DNA from: Candidatus Omnitrophota bacterium
GTDB taxonomy: Bacteria; Omnitrophota; Gorgyraeia; Zapsychrales; JANLHA01
Length of the DNA: 32,000 bases
Assembly (NCBI GenBank): GCA_963662715.1
Contig: OY759724.1
Location: 1,680,001-1,712,000, forward strand
Direction of reading: 5' to 3'
Position numbers and translations under genes: made by a program. The notes under the pieces were generated by a model. It was given only the letters and a program-made list of their open reading frames with translations, was not told the origin of the DNA and did no database searches. Below, piece by piece: positions 16,732 to 24,510 of this stretch (positions are counted from its first letter, which is position 1; each line of letters starts with the position of its first letter).

Positions 16732-17055
16732 ATGGCTCGCAGTGATGATGAGGTGAAGGGCATTTTTTTGGAAATTCTCAAGCAGGCAGGGGTCACCCGC
16801 AGCATCAATGATGTGTATTACCGGGACGATTACCAGGATTACCGCGTGATTGTTGATGACGTTCACCGCTGTGAAATCAGGGAAAAACTGGTGGATGATT
16901 ATTGCGAGTTTCATCATAAAGACACGTTTAATGAAATTTGCTATCTTATAGAGCATGCGGTGTTCGATGAAGAACTGGAGTTTGAAAGAAACCTTGTGAA
17001 TGACGAGGGGAGTGACGGCATGATTACGGATGATAATAAATATGATTTTTTGTAA
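16732..17055 (+). CDS. Hypothetical small, highly acidic protein (107 aa)
   Basis: Perfect AGGAGG at 16721-16726, 5 nt before the ATG. By my count there are about 29 D/E against 12 K/R. Cys/His cluster HRCE...YCEFHH...ICYLIEH. I recognise no family. Confidence 0.55.
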   Translation: MARSDDEVKGIFLEILKQAGVTRSINDVYYRDDYQDYRVIVDDVHRCEIREKLVDDYCEFHHKDTFNEICYLIEHAVFDEELEFERNLVNDEGSDGMITDDNKYDFL

Positions 17056-17092
17056 TAAGACGATGTCCCGGTAACCACTATAAAAGAGCCTC

Positions 17093-17284
17093 ATGTCAAA
17101 AAAGAAGAAAAAAGTTATTTGGCATAAAAAACAGGGCAAATTTATCCCCTCATCGCTTCTTAAATCCCGGGATCCTTCTTCCTCCAACCCATCTTCCTGC
17201 CAGGACTCGGGGCAGGTTTCTCGAAAGATCGCTTTCAAAAAAAAGCTGACGGAACAGATCAAACGGGCAGCGAAGTCGGCGTAA
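17093..17284 (+). CDS. Hypothetical Lys-rich small ORF (63 aa), doubtful
   Basis: MSKKKKKVIWHKKQGK... Low-complexity basic sequence with no convincing Shine-Dalgarno. Its stop lies 9 nt before, and in the same frame as, the next gene. Confidence 0.25.
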   Translation: MSKKKKKVIWHKKQGKFIPSSLLKSRDPSSSNPSSCQDSGQVSRKIAFKKKLTEQIKRAAKSA

Positions 17285-17293
17285 AATTTTCTA

Positions 17294-18787
17294 ATGAACA
17301 GATCCTTTTTAAAATATGGCGTATGGAGCTTATGCGTGGCCTCGGTTTTTTTGAATGTTTTGAGCCTTCATCCGGGGCATAACTGGGGAGGGGACTTTGC
17401 TCAATATATCCTGCATGCGCGTAATTTGGCGACGGGCCGGCCTTATTCTGCGGGTATTATGTTGGATAACCGGGTTCTTTTTCCTCCGGGCTTCCCGTGT
17501 CTGTTGATGCCGGTCATAAAAATATTCGGCCTCAATTTAAAGTTGATGAAGTTGTGGAATATCCTTTTCTGGTATGGGGCTGTATGGCTTTTGTCCCGTT
17601 TCGTGACGGGGCAGTTCTCTAAAAGAATCTCGTCTTTATATGTTCTGCTGTTTTGTTTTAGCGCCTATTTTTTCTCTTTTAAACAGAATGTCCTCTCTGA
17701 TGTCCCGTTTGTGTTTTTTGTTTTAGCAACGCTGGCGATGTTTTCCGAATATGAGAAGAATATCGGACGGCCTTTCCCCGGGAGACCGTCCTGGTTGACC
17801 CTGAGTCTGGCTGTGGCGTCTTTGTCGATAGCTTTTTGTCTGCGCGCCGCCGGGGTGGCTTTGGTTTTCGCCGTTATATATTATTTTATGGTCATCCGGA
17901 GGAGGATCAAACTCGCTGTTTTTCTCCTGGGCGTTTTCTCGGGGCTGTTTGTGTTTTTGAATCTTACCGTCGGATCGGCCCCCGGAGACATTTTGATCCT
18001 GCTCGAACAGCCTCTTTCGGCTTTGGAGTCTATTGGGCAGAATTACCCCCTGATGATCAGAAGTCTCTGGGTTCTGTCTTTCCCTGTTCAGTCCAAGCTG
18101 TCTCTCGCTCTCTATCTGGGGGTTCTCCCGGCCCTGGATGTTTTGGCGCTTGTCTTTTATGTCGGGTTTTGTTGCTGTTTTGCGTATCGGTCTTTTGAAA
18201 AAAGACTTTCGCTGCCGGAGACTTTTTGTTTCTTTTATTTTCTGCTTCTTCTGATCGGTTCGGCATTTGCTAATACCCCAGGGGAGTTCGCCCGATTCGT
18301 TTTGCCGCTTTGGGGATTTTTTTTAATGGCCTTTATGAAAGGGCTGTTATGGATAGGAGAAAACCCCCGGGCATCCGTATTCCGGCGGGGGAGCATGAGC
18401 CGCTTCATTCAAGCTTGTTTGATTATGATGATCATCGCCAACATGGCCAACATTGTTGTCACCTATCCGCACAAGGACGATGTCCTGTTTGAAAAGGAAC
18501 AGCAGGAATTGTTCTCCTGGGTGAGGGGCCATTTGCGTCCGGAGGATCATTATATGTTCTGGCATCCCCGGACAATGGCGTTAATGACAGACCGCGTCGG
18601 AACCGACCGCTGGAATCATCCGTCGCAACAGGGACAGCTTGTTGAGAGGGTCCGCGACCTGGACATCCGTTATTTGATCCTTGACCGGGGAATAGACCGC
18701 GATCTTATTCTCTTGTTGGCTAAGGGATATCTTGACGCGGAACTTGTTTGGGAGAACCGGCAGTATCAAATTTTTGAAATTATGTGA
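17294..18787 (+). CDS. Polytopic membrane protein, GT-C fold glycosyltransferase-like (ArnT/PMT_2-like)
   Basis: 497 aa. About 10 or more hydrophobic helices, a first-loop acidic/aromatic motif WGGDFAQYILHARNLATGRPY like the D/E-x-x-x-Y loop of GT-C enzymes, and a soluble C-terminal domain. Confidence 0.5.
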   Translation: MNRSFLKYGVWSLCVASVFLNVLSLHPGHNWGGDFAQYILHARNLATGRPYSAGIMLDNRVLFPPGFPCLLMPVIKIFGLNLKLMKLWNILFWYGAVWLLSRFVTGQFSKRISSLYVLLFCFSAYFFSFKQNVLSDVPFVFFVLATLAMFSEYEKNIGRPFPGRPSWLTLSLAVASLSIAFCLRAAGVALVFAVIYYFMVIRRRIKLAVFLLGVFSGLFVFLNLTVGSAPGDILILLEQPLSALESIGQNYPLMIRSLWVLSFPVQSKLSLALYLGVLPALDVLALVFYVGFCCCFAYRSFEKRLSLPETFCFFYFLLLLIGSAFANTPGEFARFVLPLWGFFLMAFMKGLLWIGENPRASVFRRGSMSRFIQACLIMMIIANMANIVVTYPHKDDVLFEKEQQELFSWVRGHLRPEDHYMFWHPRTMALMTDRVGTDRWNHPSQQGQLVERVRDLDIRYLILDRGIDRDLILLLAKGYLDAELVWENRQYQIFEIM

Positions 18788-18880
18788 TACAATAAATATT
18801 CTGAAACGGAAAACAGCCCTTTGCAGCGGTTGGAAAAATTTTTTCTAATCTGAGAAACGAAAGGATCCGGGAAAATTTCT

Positions 18881-19783
18881 ATGGTCCATCAGCCACAGAA
18901 CAGAGACGGAATCTCCTGGCGAGAGCGCGCTTATGAAATTATCTTCGGCACGGAAACAAAGGAAGGAAAAGCTTTTGATGTTTTTTTGTTATGGCTCATC
19001 CTGTCCAGTATTTTTGTCGTTATCCTGGAAAGCATGTCGGAACTGCGCGCTGTTTATGGGCCGATATTCAAAATTTTCGAATGGATCTTCACGCTGCTGT
19101 TTACGGCAGAATATCTCCTTCGCTTGCTGAGTATTAAAAAGCCTGTCTTATATGCGAGAAGTTTTTACGGGATCGTTGACCTGCTGGCCATTCTTCCTGC
19201 GTATCTCAGTCTTTTTGTCTCTGGCGCTCACTCGCTTTTAGTGATCCGGGCTTTGCGGCTGCTGCGTGTTTTCCGTATTTTTAAACTTGGCCGATATATT
19301 AAAGCGGGGCATTTGCTGTTAATTGCTTTAAAAGCCAGCAGAGCCAAAATTCTCGTGTTCCTGGGAGCTGTTTTAACTCTGGTTTTGCTGTTAGGAACGG
19401 CCATGTATCTTTTGGAGGGAGAAGAACATGGCTTTACGAGTATCCCTAAAAGCATGTATTGGGCCATTGTCACGTTAACGACCGTGGGCTATGGAGACAT
19501 TGCCCCCAGGACGATCCTGGGCCAGATGCTCGCCTCTATTCTTATGGTTCTGGGGTATTCTATTATTGCCGTGCCGACGGGATTTGTTTCCCTGGAAATG
19601 GCGGAAATGTCGCGGGCAGAAACAGAACATAGAGTCTGCGGCCACTGTTCTCTTAAAGGGCATCAGCCGGACGCGGTCTTTTGCCGCAGGTGCGGCGAAA
19701 AATTAGGCGGAGGGACCTCTTCGCCGCGAGCAGACGAGGATCTTTCTGATAATACCCGGAATGAGGCGGAACCTGAACCGTGA
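18881..19783 (+). CDS. Voltage-sensor-containing (6-TM, Kv-type) potassium channel with C-terminal Cys4 zinc-ribbon
   Basis: S4 helix RALRLLRVFRIFKLGRY (19247-19297), K+ selectivity filter TTVGYGD (19478-19498), and C-terminal CGHC-x13-CRRC (19637-19693). Confidence 0.85.
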   Translation: MVHQPQNRDGISWRERAYEIIFGTETKEGKAFDVFLLWLILSSIFVVILESMSELRAVYGPIFKIFEWIFTLLFTAEYLLRLLSIKKPVLYARSFYGIVDLLAILPAYLSLFVSGAHSLLVIRALRLLRVFRIFKLGRYIKAGHLLLIALKASRAKILVFLGAVLTLVLLLGTAMYLLEGEEHGFTSIPKSMYWAIVTLTTVGYGDIAPRTILGQMLASILMVLGYSIIAVPTGFVSLEMAEMSRAETEHRVCGHCSLKGHQPDAVFCRRCGEKLGGGTSSPRADEDLSDNTRNEAEPEP

Positions 19784-20397
19784 GTTTAAAACCGAAAATC
19801 ACCGTTGAGAAAATCGCAGTTGTTGTTTTAATCCTTCTGCTGCTGGTCATCGCTTGGTTGAGATTCCGGCCGGCAAAATTCAAGCAGGACGTGACTGTCC
19901 CTTCCGAGCCCTGGCAGGAAAATATGGATGAAGGGGAGGTCTTTTATCACCTGGATTATGAGGTGACGCCGCTGGCTTCTTTTGAAATGGAAGGGCTTGT
20001 GCTGGGCGCTAAGCATTACAACTGGGGCCGTGCGGCCAAGCTTGTCCCCGTGGACTTGGCGCTCGGCTGGGGACCGATGTCAGACGGCCGTATTGTCAGT
20101 AAAATAGGCGTTCATCAGTATAACCGTTTTTATCATTGGTGGACCGACGGCCAGATAATCGACCGGCGGGATGTTGAGACACACAGCGCCAATATGCACC
20201 TTATTCCGGCCGACGGAGCAATTGCTAAAAGGATCAAACGGGCTAAACGCGGCCAGGTTGTTTCCATTAAAGGGGCCCTCGTTAGCGTTAAAGGGGAGGA
20301 CGGTTTTACCTGGACGTCGTCATTGACGCGGCAGGATATCGGGTTCGGGGCTTGCGAACTTATCTGGGTGGAGGATTTTGCCGCCTGGAATCCCTGA
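19780..20397 (+). CDS. Hypothetical single-pass membrane protein, translationally coupled to the K+ channel gene
   Basis: The GTG start overlaps the channel's TGA (GTGA, 19780-19783). N-terminal TM helix IAVVVLILLLLVIAWL. The 205-aa globular part has non-repetitive, conserved-looking segments (LALGWGPMSD, HSANMHLIPA, GACELIWVE). I recognise no family. Confidence 0.6.
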   Translation: MSLKPKITVEKIAVVVLILLLLVIAWLRFRPAKFKQDVTVPSEPWQENMDEGEVFYHLDYEVTPLASFEMEGLVLGAKHYNWGRAAKLVPVDLALGWGPMSDGRIVSKIGVHQYNRFYHWWTDGQIIDRRDVETHSANMHLIPADGAIAKRIKRAKRGQVVSIKGALVSVKGEDGFTWTSSLTRQDIGFGACELIWVEDFAAWNP

Positions 20398-20411
20398 TGG
20401 TGGCGGGGATT

Positions 20412-21851
20412 TTATAAGGACGGGTGTCCTGTGCCCTGGTCAGAAAAATACAGTTTTGTGTTTTTCCACGCAGACTTGACATGGTTCACGAATTGTTCCC
20501 AGAGATAAGATTGCCACCGTTCTTTGAATTCCAGCTTTTGAACGAGATTGTCAAGGTTGTATATCTCTTCGGATTTTATAAACCCGTTATTATAATAGCT
20601 CCGGATAAGCCCGTGTAGTTTCCCTGATTTAAATGTCCCTTCCTGGAGAACCGCGCCATCTTCATAATACATTTTGTAAGGCCCTTCAAGCTGCCCGTCT
20701 TTAAAAGTGAATTGGACTTTAGGGTCCCCTTTCGGGTAATATTCCCAAACCACCCCGACAACCTTGTCTTCATTGAAAGTCTTAACATAATGAAGATATC
20801 CATCGGTATAATACTCCTTGACCACGCCCTGCAGAAGGTCTGTTTTGTATTCCCCTTCGCGTTTAAGAACTCCGGTAACATAATATTCTTTGAAGGGGCC
20901 TTCCAGGTGCCCGTTGACGTAAGAGGCCTCCCGTGTCAGTTGTCCTTTCTTGTGGTATTCCAGCATCAGCCCGTTCAGGATGCCCTGCTCATAATTCACG
21001 TAGAGTTTCAGTTTGCCATTAGGGTAGTAAAACTTCCTTTCTCCGTGAATTTTTTCGTTTAGAATTTTTGTCTCTTCTTTCAGGGCGAAATTTTTATGAA
21101 AAATTTTGTATCCCTTCAACTCGCCGTTATCATAAATCATCTGCATGTAAATTTGCCCTTTTTCATCAACAACCTTGGCATCACCCTGCAGGACATTTTT
21201 CTGATAATTATAATAGTCCGTATCGCCGCTGTGATAATACCTGTTCTCTGAGCCGGTTTTTTCCCCGTTTCTGTAGCGGACCTTAAGCTTGGGCGTGCCA
21301 TCCGGAAAATATTCTATGTAGACGCCATTAAGGACGCCTTTGCTGTAAAAACTTTCGATTTGCAGTTTCCCGTTGTCATAATATTCTTTCATGCTGCCGA
21401 ATTTTTCTCCGTTTTTATAGCTGGTTTCCATCTTGAGAAAACCATTTTCATAATATTCCTTGTAAAAACCATCCAGGACGCCGTACTTGTATTCAGCTAA
21501 TAATATGATCTGGGTGTTGGGGGCCGACTTCTTCATTGTCCCGTGCAGGACATCGTTCATGTATTCCCGGGACTCTTTGATTTGTCCATTTTCATAGTAT
21601 GTGTTAAATCTTCCGTGTTTTTTCCCTTCGGAATAGTGAGAGACGTTTTTAAGGTTCCCGTTTTCGTAGTATTCGACAAAACGGCTGTTTTTTTTGCCGT
21701 CGGTGTATTTCCCTCTTTTCCAGACTTCCCCGTTGTCGAAATACACCGTATACCAGCCGTTAGGGGGGGCTTTATCTTCTGCTTTGAGAGCGGACGGCCC
21801 TGAGAGAAGGAGGATTAAGAGGATTGTCCATTGAACGGTCTTGGGTTTCAT
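20412..21851 (-). CDS. Secreted MORN-variant (YwqK-like) repeat protein
   Basis: Signal peptide MKPKTVQWTILLILLLSGPSALKA. About 17 tandem units of roughly 23 aa (counted by eye) with consensus G..KEYYENG.LK.E..Y.NGK. Confidence 0.8.
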   Translation of the reverse strand: MKPKTVQWTILLILLLSGPSALKAEDKAPPNGWYTVYFDNGEVWKRGKYTDGKKNSRFVEYYENGNLKNVSHYSEGKKHGRFNTYYENGQIKESREYMNDVLHGTMKKSAPNTQIILLAEYKYGVLDGFYKEYYENGFLKMETSYKNGEKFGSMKEYYDNGKLQIESFYSKGVLNGVYIEYFPDGTPKLKVRYRNGEKTGSENRYYHSGDTDYYNYQKNVLQGDAKVVDEKGQIYMQMIYDNGELKGYKIFHKNFALKEETKILNEKIHGERKFYYPNGKLKLYVNYEQGILNGLMLEYHKKGQLTREASYVNGHLEGPFKEYYVTGVLKREGEYKTDLLQGVVKEYYTDGYLHYVKTFNEDKVVGVVWEYYPKGDPKVQFTFKDGQLEGPYKMYYEDGAVLQEGTFKSGKLHGLIRSYYNNGFIKSEEIYNLDNLVQKLEFKERWQSYLWEQFVNHVKSAWKNTKLYFSDQGTGHPSL

Positions 21852-21854
21852 GGT

Positions 21855-23396
21855 TTATTTTCCGAGTGATAACGGGCCGGCGGTTAAACTGTCCCCTTGG
21901 ATATTGTCTGTCTTAAATTCTTTAAGCAGACGGTAGAATTCTTTATAATAGCGTTTGATATGACGGAAATATTGGTAAATTAATGAAATTTTGGGCTCCA
22001 ACGGTTCCAGCTCCAAGACGATTTCCTTCATGACCTCATCCTGACTCATGTCCAGAGTCTCCTTGAACTGGTCCTTCAGCATTTCATGAAACTGCCGGAA
22101 GATATTGCTTTCGCTGAAAGGCATCTGATTGAACGTGTCTTGAAAGTATTTATGGACATGTTCTTTCTTGGAAAGAGCCGATTGAATGCATTCTGATTCA
22201 TAGTGCTTTTGAGTGATCAGCATGGCCCGCCGTTTCCGGGCCGGGGTGAGGAAATTGTCTAATTGAGCGAACTGTTCTGAAATGATCTGCAGAAAGAATT
22301 TATAGGGAAACTGAGTAAACCCCACGATGCCTTGTTGTGTTTTTCCCCGCTGGAGTTTCAGCAGGACATTGTCCATTTGCGCGAACGAATCGGAAAATAT
22401 CTGGTAGCTGGGAAGAATAAGCTCGCTGTACAGTTTGTCCCGGCCGGAGAAAGGGGCCAGTTCATAGGTTATGAGGGCTTTAAACTCTTTAAGGTTTAAA
22501 GAATATAATAAAGGCAATCCGACGGCCAGCACCCTTTGTTTAATCAGGCCGTTGAAAGTGTTCAGATTGCTTTTGCGGACGATAACTTTAGGTTCTGCGT
22601 GCAGGATCAGAGTCTCGGGCGCAGGTATGCGAAGCACGATGCAAATTTCGTTGATGATTTGTTTGAGCCTGGGGTTCGTTTCGAGATTAATCACCAGACC
22701 CGGCTGAATGGGGGGGTCAAGGACAAAGGTCGTGTGTATCGTTTGGGTCGTGATCAAGATGCATATGGTTTGAATCAAGATAATAAAAATCCATATCAGT
22801 TGAGGCATGTCCGGACTGTTCTGCGCTAATAAAAGGAGCCATAAGGCGAAGCAGAGAGGGGATAATATGAAAATAATAAAGCTTAAATAAACCATGGGGA
22901 AAGAGAGGATCGAAAACAGGAAGAGGAACAGGGAGATTTTATGCGATGCACTTGGGTCGACCAGGATCTCTTCCGTGTCGTGGCGGATGTTCATGTCATC
23001 GCTGGATGAAGACATGGCGATATAGAGTCCTAAAAAGGCCCCGATCGCCGTGACACAGAGCCGCATCATGCTTTCGGTGAGTTCCAGAAGTTCCTGAGTG
23101 TTGCGAAAGATATCGAAATATAAGATCGCCAGAAAAAGCAGGCTTATAAAAAAAGTCCCGGCCAGCATTTTCAGCCTCTTTTTAACAAAAAGAAGGCTTA
23201 GCCATATAGCCGGAACGATCGAAACGGCATCGACCAGAATAAACTCGACCCCTGGAATTTTTTCCACGCGTAACCAGCTGGTAAAGTTGTCCAGGGAATT
23301 GACGAAGAAAAGGTAGATCAAGGCAAAGATGCAGGCAGAGAACGAGAGAGAAAGAAAGTCCAAGAATGAAAGCTGTTTATTGGCTTGTGGATTCAT
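21855..23396 (-). CDS. Polytopic membrane protein with a degenerate M48-type peptidase-like segment (HExxH replaced by YELAP)
   Basis: 513 aa. Several N-terminal TM helices. The segment LPLLYSLNLKEFKALITYELAPF (Y311-P315 = 22452-22466) resembles the M48 context L...E..AVLAHELGH but lacks both His residues. Its stop lies 3 nt before the start of the MORN gene. CDS confidence is high; the family call is tentative. Confidence 0.5.
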   Translation of the reverse strand: MNPQANKQLSFLDFLSLSFSACIFALIYLFFVNSLDNFTSWLRVEKIPGVEFILVDAVSIVPAIWLSLLFVKKRLKMLAGTFFISLLFLAILYFDIFRNTQELLELTESMMRLCVTAIGAFLGLYIAMSSSSDDMNIRHDTEEILVDPSASHKISLFLFLFSILSFPMVYLSFIIFILSPLCFALWLLLLAQNSPDMPQLIWIFIILIQTICILITTQTIHTTFVLDPPIQPGLVINLETNPRLKQIINEICIVLRIPAPETLILHAEPKVIVRKSNLNTFNGLIKQRVLAVGLPLLYSLNLKEFKALITYELAPFSGRDKLYSELILPSYQIFSDSFAQMDNVLLKLQRGKTQQGIVGFTQFPYKFFLQIISEQFAQLDNFLTPARKRRAMLITQKHYESECIQSALSKKEHVHKYFQDTFNQMPFSESNIFRQFHEMLKDQFKETLDMSQDEVMKEIVLELEPLEPKISLIYQYFRHIKRYYKEFYRLLKEFKTDNIQGDSLTAGPLSLGK

Positions 23397-23451
23397 CGAA
23401 ATATAAATCTCTGGGTTGCCAAGGAAGTAATTTCCCCAAAATGAAAAACGT

Positions 23452-23460
23452 TGTTATAAT
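23452..23460 (+). promoter_or_regulatory. Extended -10 element TGTTATAAT in the divergent intergenic region
   Basis: The TGnTATAAT consensus is matched exactly at 23452-23460. The -35 is weak. The element lies about 195 nt upstream of the ttcA-like start. Confidence 0.3.
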
Positions 23461-23656
23461 AGAATTTTCTTGAGAGCCGTTTCCTGCACATGCATCCGCA
23501 GGGGGGTAAGACTTCTCTATATTATACAATAATAATGCTATTATGTAATAGGGTTTATTAAAACTCTGGCATCATTAAATTTATATTATATCAGGAAGAG
23601 TTTTTTTCGCCGGTTTTCCCAGAAGGCGAAATGATTATTTTAAAAAAGGCTGCACC

Positions 23657-24436
23657 ATGATGCTTGAAAAAGATATGATGAAAACTTCCGGAGCCCGGCT
23701 GTCCCGGACAGGCCAAAGGATTTCTTCTAAAATCGGCAAGGCGATAGGAGATTATCAGCTGATTGAGGAAGGAGATAAAATTCTCGTGGCGGTTTCCGGG
23801 GGAAAAGACAGCCTGACGATGTTGCATTTGCTGAAGGCCAGACAGAACTGGTCTCCCGTGTATTTTGAAATTAAAGTGGCGCATATCAAGCCTGACATGT
23901 CTTGCGGAACAGGATGCCCGGAGGCAGAGATGAAGAATCTCCTGGAGAGAATCGGCGTGCCTTTTTATTTGCGGGATATTCAGGTGTTGAATGATGAGCA
24001 GCGGACAAACTGTTTTTGGTGTTCCTGGAACAGACGCAAGGCTTTGTTTGAGTTGGCGGAGGAAGCCGGCTGTAATAAGATCGCTCTGGGCCATCATAAG
24101 GATGATATCATCGAGACAATTCTGCTGAATTTATTCTATAAGGGGGAGATATCGACTATGCAGCCCCGGCAGGTTATGTTTAAAGGACAATGTGTCCTTA
24201 TCCGGCCGCTGTGCTACGTTGAGGAATATATGACACGCAAGTTCGCGCAGGAGAACGGGTTCCCTTCCCATCGCAGCGAATGTGCTTTCGGCCAGAACAC
24301 CAAAAGGCAAAAGATGAAGCAGCTTATTCTTGATCTTCAGAAAGACACCCGGGGGACCAATATTAAGACAAATATTTTTAACAGTGTGGCCAGAGTGAAT
24401 GCCGAATATATTTCGTTAAAGGAAGAAGATGCCTGA
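23657..24436 (+). CDS. ttcA: PP-loop ATP pyrophosphatase, tRNA 2-thiocytidine synthase TtcA-like
   Basis: PP-loop VAVSGGKDSLTMLHLL. CxxC (CFWCSWNRRKALF) plus a third Cys (SECAFG) match the TtcA-type Fe-S ligand pattern. LGHHKDD motif. Confidence 0.75.
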   Translation: MMLEKDMMKTSGARLSRTGQRISSKIGKAIGDYQLIEEGDKILVAVSGGKDSLTMLHLLKARQNWSPVYFEIKVAHIKPDMSCGTGCPEAEMKNLLERIGVPFYLRDIQVLNDEQRTNCFWCSWNRRKALFELAEEAGCNKIALGHHKDDIIETILLNLFYKGEISTMQPRQVMFKGQCVLIRPLCYVEEYMTRKFAQENGFPSHRSECAFGQNTKRQKMKQLILDLQKDTRGTNIKTNIFNSVARVNAEYISLKEEDA

Positions 24437-24510
24437 TGTGGCCGGCCGTGCGGTGTTTCATGAGGATGTCTTCGTAAAATTTATTAATAATAACGATATA
24501 GGAGTTTTAG

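Noticed and set aside
16705-17262. A 185-aa minus-strand ORF spanning the small acidic ORF and the Lys-rich ORF.
   Set aside because: The translation is I/F/L-rich nonsense, typical of the antisense of a D/E/K-rich frame. The plus-strand ORF has a perfect AGGAGG plus ATG, and the minus ORF has no start signals.
17093-18787. The Lys-rich ORF and the GT-C gene as one gene interrupted by a stop codon (pseudogene or readthrough), because they share a frame and are separated only by TAA plus 9 nt.
   Set aside because: The Lys-rich segment is hydrophilic and low-complexity and has no similarity to GT-C N termini. The ATG at 17294 opens directly into a typical first TM helix. The shared frame has a 1-in-3 chance expectation.
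20412-21851. A YwqK-type antitoxin or toxin-antitoxin module.
   Set aside because: The protein has an N-terminal signal peptide, is far larger than YwqK, and has no YwqJ-like toxin gene beside it. The repeat type alone drives that label.
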